Positions 23,906 through 36,839 of a stretch of DNA of 64,000 bases are shown here, in pieces. The notes beneath the pieces were generated by a model. That model ran no database searches and was not told the origin of the DNA. It was given only the letters and a program-made list of their open reading frames with translations. How positions within the stretch are numbered: the stretch's first letter is position 1; every line of letters begins with the position of its first letter. The translations under genes were made by a program, and so were the position numbers. The DNA is from Paraphysomonas bandaiensis (lineage: Eukaryota > Protista > Chrysophyceae). Location: assembly GCA_965644295.1 (NCBI GenBank), contig CBFFRP010000454.1, positions 14,394 to 78,393 on the forward strand, in the 5' to 3' direction.

Positions 23906-26517
23906 ATGAGTACAAGAACTAAACCATCATTAGTCCTTCATGTGGAAGGAAGTCTTATGGATGTAGATGATGAGTCATCTGCCTCAGAGGATGATGTTGC
24001 GGTTACCAACAGTGATAGTGAGGACATCAGAGGGTCTCTAGTAAGAGACATGGAAGAGTTTAATGTCACTGGGGATGATAGTGAGGAGGAGCTGGAGGTG
24101 TTTCAACATAAGAAAGAGGCGGTTAGTTCATATGATATATGTGTATGACTGTATATATATATAGATGTGTATGCAGTGTGTATATATATGTGAGTATATA
24201 TATATGTATGTGTGGTATAGGATGAATTGTATTTTGTTATACGTAAGGTGACCATAAAATGTAGGATAGTTCCAAAAGAACAGACACAGAACAAGATAAG
24301 GAGCGTGGTTCTGATAGTGATGAGGTATTCTTCCTTATGATTCTCACGTTTCTCTCAGTTCGTTTGCTGATAGCCTGCAACACCTTCATTGGTCAGTCTG
24401 ATGGCTGGCGCAGTTAAGGAGGTGGAGGGTGAGGAGGTAGTACGACTTGTTATCTGGTGGCTGATATTCCATGATATATATATGTAGCAGCCCGTGGAAA
24501 GCAGTACAAGCAAAGTTCCCATCGGGCTGGTGAATTACTATACTTGGAAACTCTACAACTGTTCACATTGCGTGTACACAGGCTGCAGGCTTCGGTATGG
24601 ATATGTCATCCCTTCCCCAGGAAGCCAGTACCGTTCACACCACTGCACAAAGTACTGAATCGAGTTCGGCCGATGCTTTTGGCATTGCATATCGCCCGTA
24701 CGGCAAGCAGAAGCCCGAATATAACCTGCCCTCCGGTCCAGCCTTCGAGGATGAAGCGGAGTTTGAACAAGATCTCCAGCACAGTTCAGTGTTTCGCTCT
24801 GCATCTCTTCCTTCGGCCGAAGCCAGGCGGGAGGACGATGAAGAGGATGAGTTCGACTTTGATGGCGTAGGATGTGCTGAGGGAGCCTCTCCTGTATTCA
24901 GTACAACTGCTGTTGCTAAGGAACAACCGGTCGAAATTGAGACAAAAGAATCAGTGAAGGACGAAATATCTGCGGAGGAGTCTACAGATTCGCGCCAGGT
25001 GCAAGGCGAACCGCAAGTGTCAGTGCGGGAGGCTGCTCGGGTGGCATTAGCAGAAATAACTGACGTGTATAGCAGTGGTTTGGGGGATCATGATGTGAGT
25101 GTAATGCGTTCTCAAGAGAAAGACGATAAAGAAGTTGTCTTGTCTCCGGAGATGAGCCTTTATGAGACTGTTGTTGCTATGGCGGGACTAGAGGAGATAG
25201 ATGAGGAGGAGTTGGAAAGGCAGGAGAGGGAGACTGAAGAGGCTGAAAGAGCTCGGGAGGAGGCGGAACGCAAGAGGCTACAGGATCTACACTCCCAGTG
25301 GGAAGCTGTGGAGAGCGCAGGAGATGTGGGTCGATCGGAGAGCGTGAAAAAAGTTGATCCGGCTGGTATGCGCACCTACGAGACAGTGTCCTACAAAGAG
25401 GCCGAACGGTACTTTAGGTCTATGGATTTGACTGGATTCCGCCCTCATATAGTACTCGACGAGCCTTCAGAATCCTGGTCGTTGTTTAGGTCAACCACAA
25501 AACTGAGTAAGGCAGCGATTCCTACAGAGGAGCTTGAGTTCCCTTTTCTGGTGGCACAGTTAGATTATTCCCCAGATGAACCAGCTCATTTATCCATGCT
25601 CCGTTCGATTTATAAGGTGTTGCATTTGGTGTTTATGTGTGCGTAGTAAATTCGGTTTCAGGGGCTTGTGGTTGAAGGAGGAGGAGGGTCAACAATGTGT
25701 CCGGTTCAAGGGGCACACTGGGAAGCTGTCGGGTTTCAAGGTAGCGACCCAAGAACAGACCTCAATAGGTCTATGAAAATGCTCTCTGTTCTGCAGGTAC
25801 GACATTGCATGTGGGTCAGTTATATATTATTTCACATGGAATGTGATGACGCATGGTTTGTGCGAACTTGGACACTAGTTTTCGTAATTTACCTTTTGTG
25901 TGCTGTATACGCAGATGTTACATATGATTCAAACTGAGCGGAGTATGTCACACCGTTTATTCGCCCTGTCCACTGGATCTGGAGCCCTCATGCAGTCTCC
26001 GGTGAGTAATAGTGGTGCCAATGTTGCCGCTCTGGACGACTCCTGGCCAATGATGCTAGTCGCCATCGGAATGACAAAACACGCAATCGATGCCCTCAGA
26101 TCAGGTCAACTTACGAAGGAAGTTGTCAAGGCCGGGTCATCTCTGGCGGTTTTGCATGAGTTCCACCACGCTTGTTTTTATTGTCTGTTAAGGTTGATTT
26201 CAGATAGTATATGTGTAAATGTGACTAACAGTGGTTATATCAGGAGCTTAGTCGAACATCCTCAGGTTCACCATGCTGTACATCTGGCAAATATCAAAAA
26301 GGAAGTAAACAGTGAACCGTTGGCAATCCTGAGGGCATTCAGAAACTATAAAATTCCTAAAGAGAAGAAAAATAAATCCTCAGAAAAAGATCAGTACGAC
26401 AATATCGAGGAAGATCGCGGTGCTGAATTTGATAGTGGCTCTGATAAAAAGTCTTTTCTGTCTTTTAGTCGTTCAAAAGAGGGTGGTAAAGCGAAGAAGT
26501 TTCTTGCGAGTGGTTGA
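23906..26517 (+). CDS. ELMO/CED-12 domain protein (ELMOD-like Arf/Arl GAP) with a long acidic N-terminus
   Basis: HLSMLRSIYK...GAHWEAVGFQGSDPRTDLNRSMKMLSVLQML...WPMMLVAIGMT matches ELMOD motifs. The gene is multi-exon and its 5' exons are approximate. Confidence 0.8.
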
Positions 26518-27062
26518 TTATAATAGTGCAATGTAATGATATTGGCTGATATATGAATTAAGAATCTTATCATTTAGATCATCGAAAGTTTGTATTCTAT
26601 CTTTGGGATAGCAGAAGGAGCTCTCTTAATTTCGGGTCAGTAAAAGATTCAGGGTAAAGTACATGCTTGCTAAATATTTTGGAAATATTATTCTACCTAG
26701 ACAAATTGGTTTAATTACCTAGTCACACAAACGTTGGTGTAAACACCTAGTCAAAGTAATAAATGAAAAACATAGTCAATATTGGTCAGGTCTTAGATTG
26801 TCACGACCTTATACAGTCAAAGTGTTTCAGTTTAGCTACTTCACAGTACTTTATGATATATACTGTTCTTATTTTCTCACAAATAAGAAGTAACCTAAAT
26901 ACTGCCTACTGACATCGTACCAAGAAACGAAGAGAGAGAAAGAAGGGAAAAAATGGTCTCCTGCTCTCTCTCCTCCTCAACTGCACGTGTAATGATATCA
27001 ACTATTTTTTAATCAAGACAAACATGATTCTTAATTTACTCAAGATTACTTTTACTACACAC

Positions 27063-27199
27063 CAGGGCTAGGGAACAACAAACATTGCAGTACTATTGTT
27101 AAATAGTGTCCGAAAAAAACGTTGATGGAGTCATTTAAACCTGCCCATCAATACCATCGCAATATATTGAAATATAGTAGTAGTAATTAAATACATGCG
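27063..27199. mobile_element. Left-end fragment of the MITE family at 9350-10189
   Basis: CAGGGCTAGGGAACAA start; shares tactattgtta and aattaaatacatgcg with 9350-9490. Confidence 0.45.
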
Positions 27200-27399
27200 T
27201 AAATTTACTTTACCAGTGTCTATCCACTCCTGATTGTATAGAAATATAGAAATAAATGAGGTATAATAACACATTTGTATATATACCACATTCACAAAGC
27301 ATCAGGTACTGCAGGATTGTTCGAATATAGACGTCGTTATTGACCTGAACCTCATATTTCCCTCTGCCGTTTTATGAGAGCAACGCACCTATCTGATGA

Positions 27400-27987
27400 G
27401 TGTCTCTCTACACGGTAGAGCAAGCCACTTACCATACGATTCCTTTGTACCTCTGACAATCAGAAGTTCAGGTAAGTGGCGTAGGAGAGTTGTATCGTGT
27501 GGAAGGAATTTTAAGGAAGGAGCAGTAACCTATACATCGTTGGAAACCATATCTATCCCAGTGCAGAGCGACTATACCCAAGAATTGTATGGCAATGGTA
27601 TGGTGACCAAGATCTGATCCGTATGGATTGACCCGCTCAATCTCCTGATTAGAACCCGATAGAGAATCTTTGGGCAATCCTAGATCATCGCATGAAAACG
27701 AGCTTTATCAGCTGCTACTGAAGATATGGAATGAACTCCCAGTTAGCTTATTGTCTGATCTAGTAGATAGCATGCCTTGATGGTGCCAAGCAGTGATAGA
27801 TTTTTTAAGTGTTTTTTTATATAGGAAGCCTAAAAATCGAGGTTTTTACACATTAATTAAGAAAATTTTCACCAATTTTTAAACTGAATAGGAATAGCTC
27901 ATTAGAAAGCCCGTAATAGCGTAATATCCAGTTTTTACATTTGCTTATTGAAATTCTCGAAAAACCGAAGTGTACTCTTCTGTACTG
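27400..27987 (+). mobile_element. Tc1/mariner transposase remnant
   Basis: 27622-27800 reads MD*PAQSPD*NPIENLWAILD...IWNELPVSLLSDLVDSMP*WCQAVID. This is the Tc1 WPxxSPDLNPIENLW and LVxSMPxRCxAVI signature with stops. Boundaries are approximate. Confidence 0.85.
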
Positions 27988-28272
27988 CTGTATGCTCTTA
28001 TGATATTGAAGATGAAGTTACTCGTTCTTTGGTGTAATCAACTTCGACTTTCATTGAAGTACACAGTACAATATCAGGGTAGTGTATAGTATTTAGCTTT
28101 CAATGTTATGTATCTAGAATATTGAAGATGAAGTTGAATATTATATACTTCTCTTATCTTCAATATGGGGTGATGTGTGTCTGTATGTGTGTCATAATAT
28201 CGAGATATCTCATTAAGATTATCATACCAAGCAATCGATACGCAATTGGCGATCTTCATTAATAAGAACGAT

Positions 28273-28713
28273 ATGTCTCTTCAACCCTTCCATCATGATT
28301 TCTTTCATCCTTTCCCATGGTCACCTGAGAGAGATTTGGTTGTGTTCAAGGATCACGATCAGGGTAACAAGGCTCTCGCTCCTCTCCTGAGTGTGGATCT
28401 CATTGAGAGCGAGAATGATTATCATGTTCACGCTGATCTACCGGGTGTTCAGGAGAAGGATTTAGACATAAGTGTTGAGGGCAACAGTATGATTATTAAG
28501 GGCCATCGGGAGAGAAATTATGATGTCGAGAACACTACTTCTCACAGAGTGGAGAGGACGTATGGCAGTGTGACGAGAGTCATCAGACTTCCCCCCACGG
28601 CAGATAAGAACAATTCCTCTGCCACCTTTGAGAATGGAGTATTAACAGTGACTTTCCCAAAACTTGAGCCCACTCCTGCGGCCACTAAGATCCCAGTCAC
28701 TGTTAAGAAGTAG
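28273..28713 (+). CDS. HSP20: Small heat-shock protein (HSP20/alpha-crystallin domain)
   Basis: VDLIESENDYHVHADLPGV...RVERTYGSVTRVIRLP...ATFENGVLTVTFPK...KIPV (IxV motif). Confidence 0.95.
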   Translation: MSLQPFHHDFFHPFPWSPERDLVVFKDHDQGNKALAPLLSVDLIESENDYHVHADLPGVQEKDLDISVEGNSMIIKGHRERNYDVENTTSHRVERTYGSVTRVIRLPPTADKNNSSATFENGVLTVTFPKLEPTPAATKIPVTVKK

Positions 28714-29311
28714 GACGTGTTAGTCTGTGTTTTGTTGCACTGAAACAATTGCCATATTTTTTCATGCTGTATGTTTCGTGCTATGACCATCCGCTGTGAT
28801 GGCAATAATAAAGTAGAGAGTTGTACATCTTATTGAATACACTATGTATCCATAATATAGCGCTATAGTATCCAGCAACCCTTGGAGAGACGTTGATTTT
28901 GTAGTTCGTATACTATATACTATACACTTTAGTTATTCGATGGAAGCCATTTATACACAATACACGCATATGTACCATAGAATAATGCATTATGTCGGTA
29001 GAATGAAATGCGATTTGTGTTTTGATTTTATACATTAGGGTTAGGAATCCACTCTATTACAGCACACCAAATCTACTCAGTGCCTCTATTGACCAACAAA
29101 ATTCATTTACAAATAACTAAATCCGAATGATAATAATAATCAATACACCATACTACCCACAAAGCATAAATTAAATGTGAATAAACTACTTTTTAACTAC
29201 TCTCACACATTCAGTGTGATATCTCTGAAGCCATTTATTTTCGTGCATTTTATATTTCCCTCAGTACACACTGTACGCTATTAGTCAAAGAATAAAGATG
29301 GACAGGAATAA

Positions 29312-29505
29312 TATCGATAGTTGCTTACATCATCACTCATCAGTGCATTGATTGTTACAGTGATACTCTGATACTAGATATCTACAGCTACGACGTCTAG
29401 TAGTTTGTGGGTTTTATATATTGCTGTAGATATCTAGCATCAGAGTATCACTGCATCAATCAATGCACTGATGAGTGATCATCATGATGTAGTCAACTAT
29501 CGATA
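29312..29505. repeat. Long imperfect inverted repeat (foldback); candidate small-RNA precursor
   Basis: Arm 29312-29388 pairs with arm 29423-29505 around a 34-nt loop, with a few mismatches and one 6-nt bulge. Weaker pairing extends to about 29283/29533. Confidence 0.9.
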
Positions 29506-30170
29506 CAACTTCTCTGCATCCTCATCTTTTGACCAATTCTTGCTTCCAAAGAGGTAATGCTGAGGTATACACAGTATTAAGAGTCATAAATTCACAAAAC
29601 CATATCGATACAATTAAATAGTACTAGAACTGGATATGGGCGCCGAATTCACTTACGTACCAGTAATCGGATGTTCTACAGTCGCGACCTTATACAGTCA
29701 GCACATTTCAGTCGTCTAAATGTCTAAACTATCTCATATAGCCATATAGCCTAACCCTAATCGAATAGATTTCATATAATGCTGTCTTTGACTATTGACT
29801 ACTGCTCAATACAACACTCAATACAGCACACATACTCATGTGGCATACCATATACGCTTCAAACATCAAATGAATAGCGTTTAGTGTCCCAATGCTTTCT
29901 CAGTGGTCCCGTAAACCATTATTCACTTTATTTATTATTGGTGCAATTCACAGTACTATTGCTATACCAATGACCTAAAATCTGCGCACCCACACAACAG
30001 CAAACCTACAACATAGAGCAACGTGGTACCACGAGTTGCGGCTAGTTGCCGAAACTAGAGAAATAATATATGTGCGTAGCACACTCACAGCTTCCAACCG
30101 AAATAAATCAACCGCGGCTTTCGTAAGAGCATATACGTTGCGCTAACAAACGAACTTTCTTTGATAGTCA

Positions 30171-31513
30171 CTACAGTGTAGCCTCTGACTTAGAGACTTC
30201 CTTATACTGCGCCATTTCGAGACCCTTACCATCATCGCTTGCATTCATAACCTTGCCCGTACCAATGGTCACATCTTCAAAAGTGGCGTCTTCCTCAGGG
30301 TTATCTGAGAAGAAGAGTCGCACCACAAGGTCATCTCCAAGTCGCACTCTCATCTTACGCTTAATATCCATTTGATCTTTATCAAGATCTGCACTGCTAG
30401 TCGCTGGGTCTCTGCACAACATGGCGTCAATCATAAATTAAAATATTGTAGCTACTGACATGTCTAAGAAAAGAGTATTGTGCCAGATCTCCAATATCTT
30501 CTTCTTTCCCAAAGCTTTCTTCTGATAGAGAAATATTTTGAAATTTCCAGTAACTTCGCAGTCGCATGCCCACTTGTTTTTTTCAGTACCATCGGGCTTT
30601 CCCTCGCCACATTTGAGCTCAGGATCGAAATTAGTTCCTTGAAATATTTTGAAGTTGAGGCCAGTTATCATTGATGCCCATAGGCCAAGCACCTGTACGC
30701 CAACGATACGCACCGTGGGCTCCTCAGGCGTCGCAAATCTGGTATCTGTCGGGTCTGTGACAGCTGGGACCTGTCCTATGTCTCCCATAACACCCCAGTA
30801 CTGGCGCCACAAGAGCTCGTAAAATATGACATATTTACGTTGACTGGTTACTGTGAGCCCTCGATTGTTGTGCGTTCGCATCTTGTCATAGTAATCCATG
30901 GCCTCAATAGCACTCTGGCATACTCCAGTTCGTACCAGAAGCACGCAGCACATAAGCCCAGCTCGCCCCTTCCCTGCCTTGCAATGAAGACTGCATACAT
31001 TGTTTTCATCTCGCTCAAGCCAGGCTTTGGCATCATTAGCAAATCCCACAAGAGTCTTCAATGGAGGGGTATTGTGGTCTTTAAATGGGAAGCGACGAAC
31101 ATTACCATGAAACACGGCAGGATCATATCCACGTCCAGGTTCACAACAAAAATTATATACCATATAATGATCTTTATGAAATGTATCTAATAAACGTCTG
31201 ACTTCTAGACGAGGATTGCGGTATATATGCTCCATACCCGCTGCAGGGAACCCGTGTACAATGATGTTGTTGGTTACATACACTAAATCTAAGTCGAAAT
31301 CACCCCTCTGATAGCGACGTTTTTTTTTTGATACAGCTTTTCGACATGGATGGAATAAACAGTTGCATGGTAAGCAACATGCTGTGCAGCAACAGACCTG
31401 TGAGTGTATGTATGTATGGATGGATGAGTGTGTGTATGTATAGATGAGGAGAGGGTTACCTTATGAAGTTTAGAGTGAAGTGGTCCGTCGTCGATGTCTT
31501 CATGAGGAATCAT
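30171..31513 (-). CDS. PTEN: PTEN-like phosphoinositide phosphatase with C2 domain (3 exons)
   Basis: AVSKKKRRYQRGDFDLDLVYVT, FPFKDHNTPP, HCKAGKGRAG, TSQRKYV; C2 motifs GNFKIFLY...IWHNTLFLD. Confidence 0.93.
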
Positions 31514-31713
31514 AGCTGAGCCTCGTATACTAGTTGTATAGGGCTATATGAGGAGTGTTGGTATGATATGATTAACAGACTGACGTCTAGACCCACCAAG
31601 CAATACATACACACACAGATACACACACACCTAACGACCTCTAAACAACCACTCAACACTATACCGTATACCCACAGTATACCATACCGTATACATACAT
31701 ATACCTACTGCTG

Positions 31714-31853
31714 TACATACATACATACATACATACATACATACATACATACATACATACATACATACATACATACATACATACATACATACATACATAC
31801 ATACATACATACATACATACATACATACATACATACATACATACATACATACA

Positions 31854-31883
<30 letters not shown>
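31714..31883. repeat. (CATA)n microsatellite, ~42 units, between divergent PTEN and USP starts
   Basis: Directly visible. Confidence 0.99.
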
Positions 31884-31887
<4 letters not shown>

Positions 31888-32038
31888 CTCAGCAGTCTGC
31901 TGCTCTTGATGTATGTGGTCTGGTCACTCTAGTGTGTAAGTTTCTCTTGGGGTGGTATGGAATGACAAGCAAGGCATTAATGAACTTATTGAATCTGGAG
32001 GAGTTTATAACTCACTCCAAAGTGAAACATATCATTCC

Positions 32039-34543
32039 ATGGATAGAAAATACTGCACCTGTGATCATCTAGTCCGTGAGGTCGTTCTACAGGCTGCATC
32101 AGTGGCTAATGAGATCAGAGGGACCGTGCAGTCTATATGTGCAGTGTGTTCCTTCCAATCAGATGCATATCACAGCACAGTTCATTATAAGAACACAGGA
32201 CATTGCATATCTGTACGGAACTCTACCGGATCCTCTGAATTATACTGTTTAGCCTGTAGAGATTATCAATACGACAATTTATTCGATGAATTAACTCAAC
32301 ATAAGCGAGCGATGATACCAGTCACTCATACTCGAGCTATTGGGATTGTTAATATGGGTAGTACATGTTTTTTAAGTAGTGTACTACAATCTCTTTTAGC
32401 GAATCCTCTCTTAACTCGATATTTTGAAATATCTGAACTGTTTGTGGTGGAATGCCAACTTGTGCATGGTGCAGATGAGACACCCCCTCGATACTGTTTG
32501 TTCTGCGAAATGAAAAAGCTTTATAACCGAGTCAATGTGCATACCAGGTATAATGTTGTGTTTGATACAATTGATTTAAAGTATTCACAGAGGAAATTGT
32601 TCGACGCCTATCATTCCTTGCAACTTACTGTACGCGATATGGAGTTCCTGTCGGCACTTAGCATACTACGAGCAGCAAGACGCACACGAATTGCTACTTG
32701 CACTATTAGATAGTATTAGCTCGCACTTACAGCTATATCACGGCGAGATGAATGTATCTCGTGTTGAGGTAGCGAAAGATGCAAAAGAATCTGACAAACC
32801 AGCCCCGAAAACTGCGGATGACGAAGGAAACATCCCATGTCATAAGTCAGAGCAACCTCAATATTCCTTTCGTGGAATTATCAACGAGGTCAGTAGTCCG
32901 ATCAAGTTTTTATTCTAGCGTTATTAGTGTGCCGAACAGGTTTTTAGTGGTGTGCTTCAGTCAGAGTTATGCTGTCACAACTGTGGCTATCGGTATGTCT
33001 AGAGCCAGTGTGTATATCTAACACTAATATTGGAGATAGGAGAAATAGGTTCGAGCCATTCGTAGATATTTCATTAAGTATTCGGAAGCGCGCTGCGACT
33101 CTTGATTCCCCCAGATTTAACATGTACAATATTCCGCCTGTCATGACCCTTTTCTAACGTTAGAACATTCCACACAGGTTCCCAGCAGTATCTCTTCAAG
33201 GTTCTGAAGATCCGGAAATTGCATCTGCAGTGACAACAGCAGCCACGAATATATCTGATTGTGACACAGTCGGAAGTATGGACACGGGATCATTTAACAA
33301 CTCCCCAACCACTGGTGCGGCAGATGGTTGTAGTCCGCACTTTTCTGAAACCCGCCAGCACGAGGGGTCTGTCTACACTTTACATGACTGTTTATCCGCA
33401 TTCACCTCATGCGAGCGCATAGATGAGCATGTGGTAAGTAGTTTATCGTCTATGTATATAGTGCAAGTGTGTGACTTTTGCTTTGTAGGACTGTGAAGGC
33501 TGCGGGGTTTCAAGCGGAGCCTCAAAACGACTGACCATGCATACGCCGCCCAACTGTCTCATTATCCACGTGAAGCGTTTCAATGTCGATGCCATCGTGG
33601 CGTCGGCCTCTGGAGGAGTGGAATTCTCTAAGGTCATTTGGGTATCATTACTGCAGGATGTCAATGTAATCTACTGATTGAACAGGTCAATACCATGGTT
33701 GATTTTCCGTTAGAAGGAATGGACATAGCTCCATATATATCGAATGGTATGAGCATTTTTTCAACATCTATCTCAATTTATACACCCCTGTGGGTGCTGT
33801 ATGCTATCAGACGTGCTAACCCGAGTTGATAGCGACGAAATATCTCAGGAATCCACGGAGCAGTACAACTCGTTAAACAAGGCCTCTCCATTGGAGAGTA
33901 AAAGCCCTTGCAATGGGAACAATAGAACCTCATACGACATCAAGCCTGGTAGTAAAAGAACCCTATCAGACCGGAACGGTGATGGTGCAGACGACCTCGA
34001 CCGTCATCACAATACACCTATACCTGAACTTCTCTATGATCTTGATGGACTTGTTTGCCACAAGGGACAGTCTTTGACGCAGGTGTGTACCTCCTCTCAT
34101 CGTCGAAATGATATGAAATGTTGTGTGCAGGGACACTATATATCGTATGTCCGTGAATCGGGGGGGCTCTATAGGAGATGTACTCAAAGTGAAATTACCT
34201 CAGAACAAACACAACCTAAAATGAAACCAAAGAAGGAAAGAAAGAAGAAAAAAGATGCACAGGAGCGAGTTCAGTTGGAATACATGAAATCCCCGACTAG
34301 TCGCTGGCTGAAGTACGCTTACGAGACGTAGTTGCATATTGCTCACAGTCTGTGTTTCAGATGCGATGATGAGAAGATATCTGTGGTAGATGAGGAGGAA
34401 GTAGCGGCAGCGCAGGGGTACATATCGCGCGTTTTAAGTGTTGATAATTCTCAGTGTCTATTGTATACAGGTATATTCTATTTTACGTGAGGAGGGATAT
34501 ATTGGAAATATTCAAAAGCACAAACCGAGCTAATATAGTTTAG
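32039..34543 (+). CDS. Ubiquitin-specific protease, USP22/Ubp8-like (zf-UBP + peptidase C19), multi-exon
   Basis: CDHL...LYCLACRDYQYD; Cys box GIVNMGSTCFLSSVLQ; QQDAHE; His box VCHKGQSLTQGHYISY; WLKCDD; YILFYVR. Confidence 0.88.
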
Positions 34544-34834
34544 GGAAAATGTTCATATATTATTTCGTATATAGAAATGAACTTGTTTCAATTGTGCATA
34601 AAAATTTTTGTCGTAATACCTTAACAATATTCGTAATATATTATCTGGTAGTTATAGTTGCGAGTTTTGGGACCAATTTTATATTGTAATAAAACCTAGA
34701 CTTCGCACAGTGTAAGTTATCTCTGTGCTACTTCAACCAGTTGAAGCCCCGTTGATTATTCAACCTAGGCTAATTGGCTGAAATACCATATTGACTATTG
34801 GTCATTTTCACAATTAAGAGTTAGGGGAGGTTTA

Positions 34835-36050
34835 TTGTAATCAAACTAGATATGACTCTTTTATTATATTGCATACACAATTGTGTGTGTAGTGTGTTGT
34901 CATGTAAAACATACAACATCATGATAATTTAATTTGTTCATGATACAATACTCCAGTTCCACAGTTATAGCTATATACTATATAGTATATAGTATCTTTG
35001 ACTACGTATTTCTGATGTTCACATTTATCGTATTCTACAGTACTATCTTAGAGAAAAATACGTATTCCAACTCTCCTACTCAATGTAGAAACTGGTAATC
35101 GTCAGAATATGTCGGCCACCATGTCTTTAGTTGTGACATGTATTAGACTGGCTGTTGGGAACTTACCATTTACGTGTTCCAGTACCCAGTAATACTTTAT
35201 CTGTATATGTTTAGATCGTTTATGATACTCTGGATTTTCCGATAAGTCTTTAGCACTCTTGCTGTCCATGAAGAATGGAGTTGGCTTCCTTAGGATATCC
35301 CGAAGCCAGACCAATTCTTGCATTGCAGCATACTCAGCCATATATTCGGACTCCATGCTGGATGTAGCAACCGCGGTTTGTAATTTCGACTGCCATGCAA
35401 TAACTCCAACACATAAGAATACAACATATCCCGTAGTCGAACGTCTTGTGAGTATATCATCTGCCTAGTCCGCATCACTGAACACACGTAAATCGAACTT
35501 AGTTCCACTGAATTTGATCTCTTTATTCGTCGTTCCTCTCAAGAATTTCAATAATTGAATGGCAAAGGCGAGATCTGGTCTTGTATGAAGTGCGACATAC
35601 AGGATTGCTCCAATAATGCTACGGTACGGAAACTTTGAGACCCAGTCCTCCTGTCCTGATGTAAGTTCCCGTTTTGCAGCCAGTAGTTCTTGTGCATTCG
35701 ATGGCAACGGAGTTTCCTTATTCTTTCTACTATTCCCCATGACATATTTAAACTTCTAAATCACCTTCTCTGCATACTTTGAACCAGTCTTCGCCTCTCG
35801 TGATTCGGATATTAAGTAAGCTCTCCCATGTTTACCATTTCAAACATTTGACAGAACTTGTTTTTGACAATGACTAGAAACTCAAGATCCACAGATACGT
35901 TTATAACATCATCTGCACACAGAAATAATCACGTGAGTTTGCCATGATGTCAACGATAATATAAGCAAGTATTAATCACACATGGTTTAAACTCCATTGA
36001 GATGATGAACTTATCAATGTGACGATTCCATGTGTGCTTGATGCTTGTCT
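34835..36050 (-). mobile_element. Decayed Ty1/Copia LTR retrotransposon 3' part (RT-RNase H, probable PPT and LTR)
   Basis: TWNRHIDKFI..FKPCVINTCLY, PYRSIIGAILYVALHTRPDLAFA, FSDAD, HKRSKHIQIKYY and DMVADIF, with stops and frameshifts. A purine tract (agtaggagag) near 35070 is followed by an AT-rich segment ending TTACA near 34835. LTR limits are tentative. Confidence 0.88.
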
Positions 36051-36839
36051 ATATCGTTGACATCATGGCAATAGAAGTCAGATTTTCATTGCAGTAATAT
36101 TGGAGATAGAGGTGACACTTATAAGGAACTTAAGGATGTTCAGATGATGGAGGGATGAGCACTATCGTAAGCATAGTGTGGGTTTGTGTTAAGGTAAGTA
36201 AAGTATATGTACAGTATGTCTATAAGATATTGTGGAATGAAAACCCCTTTATTTATTGTAGGAAAACCTAAATAACCAGGATTTTCATGCCACAATTTGT
36301 CCACAATGGTACAATTCGTAGCCGTTAATGAACAGTGCAATCCGTGTATCATCACCTCAGTCATGTATGCTGATGAAGCGAGGGATTGTTATAGTGTTAC
36401 TTGTTCTCTTTACTAAAGAGAGGGACAGAAGGGGAAGAAGTTTTGTTGCACTGGTCAGCCAATGGTGAAATTAAGGAGGTGTATGCCAGACAAGAAGGCA
36501 TAGGAACCTGCGTAGGGGAGATTTGCGAGGGATATGTCTAACTCTAAAAAATCCAAGTTTTTTCGCTATACTCTGTTTTTTTTGATGGGTATATTCCATA
36601 GGTATTTGTACAGAAATTGGGTAGATTATACCCAGGAAAATGTATGGTAGTTTCCTGAACTCTTATGCAGGTGTATGATATCCTGATATCCATCCGTATA
36701 CCAGCAAATACCATTCTGTGCATTGAGTACACGCACTTGATACATACACACACACATACACACATACATACAGACATGTCGACCCACCATATCTCTCTCT
36801 ATATATCATCCACAGATATAACCCTCCAGGACATAACTC

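Noticed and set aside
28004-28140. Heat-shock element and a 16-bp direct repeat (tattgaagatgaagtt) upstream of HSP20
   Set aside because: The nGAAn array is too degenerate to call from sequence alone.
29467-29480. CTGATGA in the foldback arm (hammerhead or C-box)
   Set aside because: It is fully paired within the stem and has no downstream GAAA or D-box arrangement.
26801-29712. Shared gtc(a/g)cgaccttatacagtca motif at ~26801 and ~29681
   Set aside because: Same orientation and ~30 bp only; probably transposon-end debris, with no element definable.
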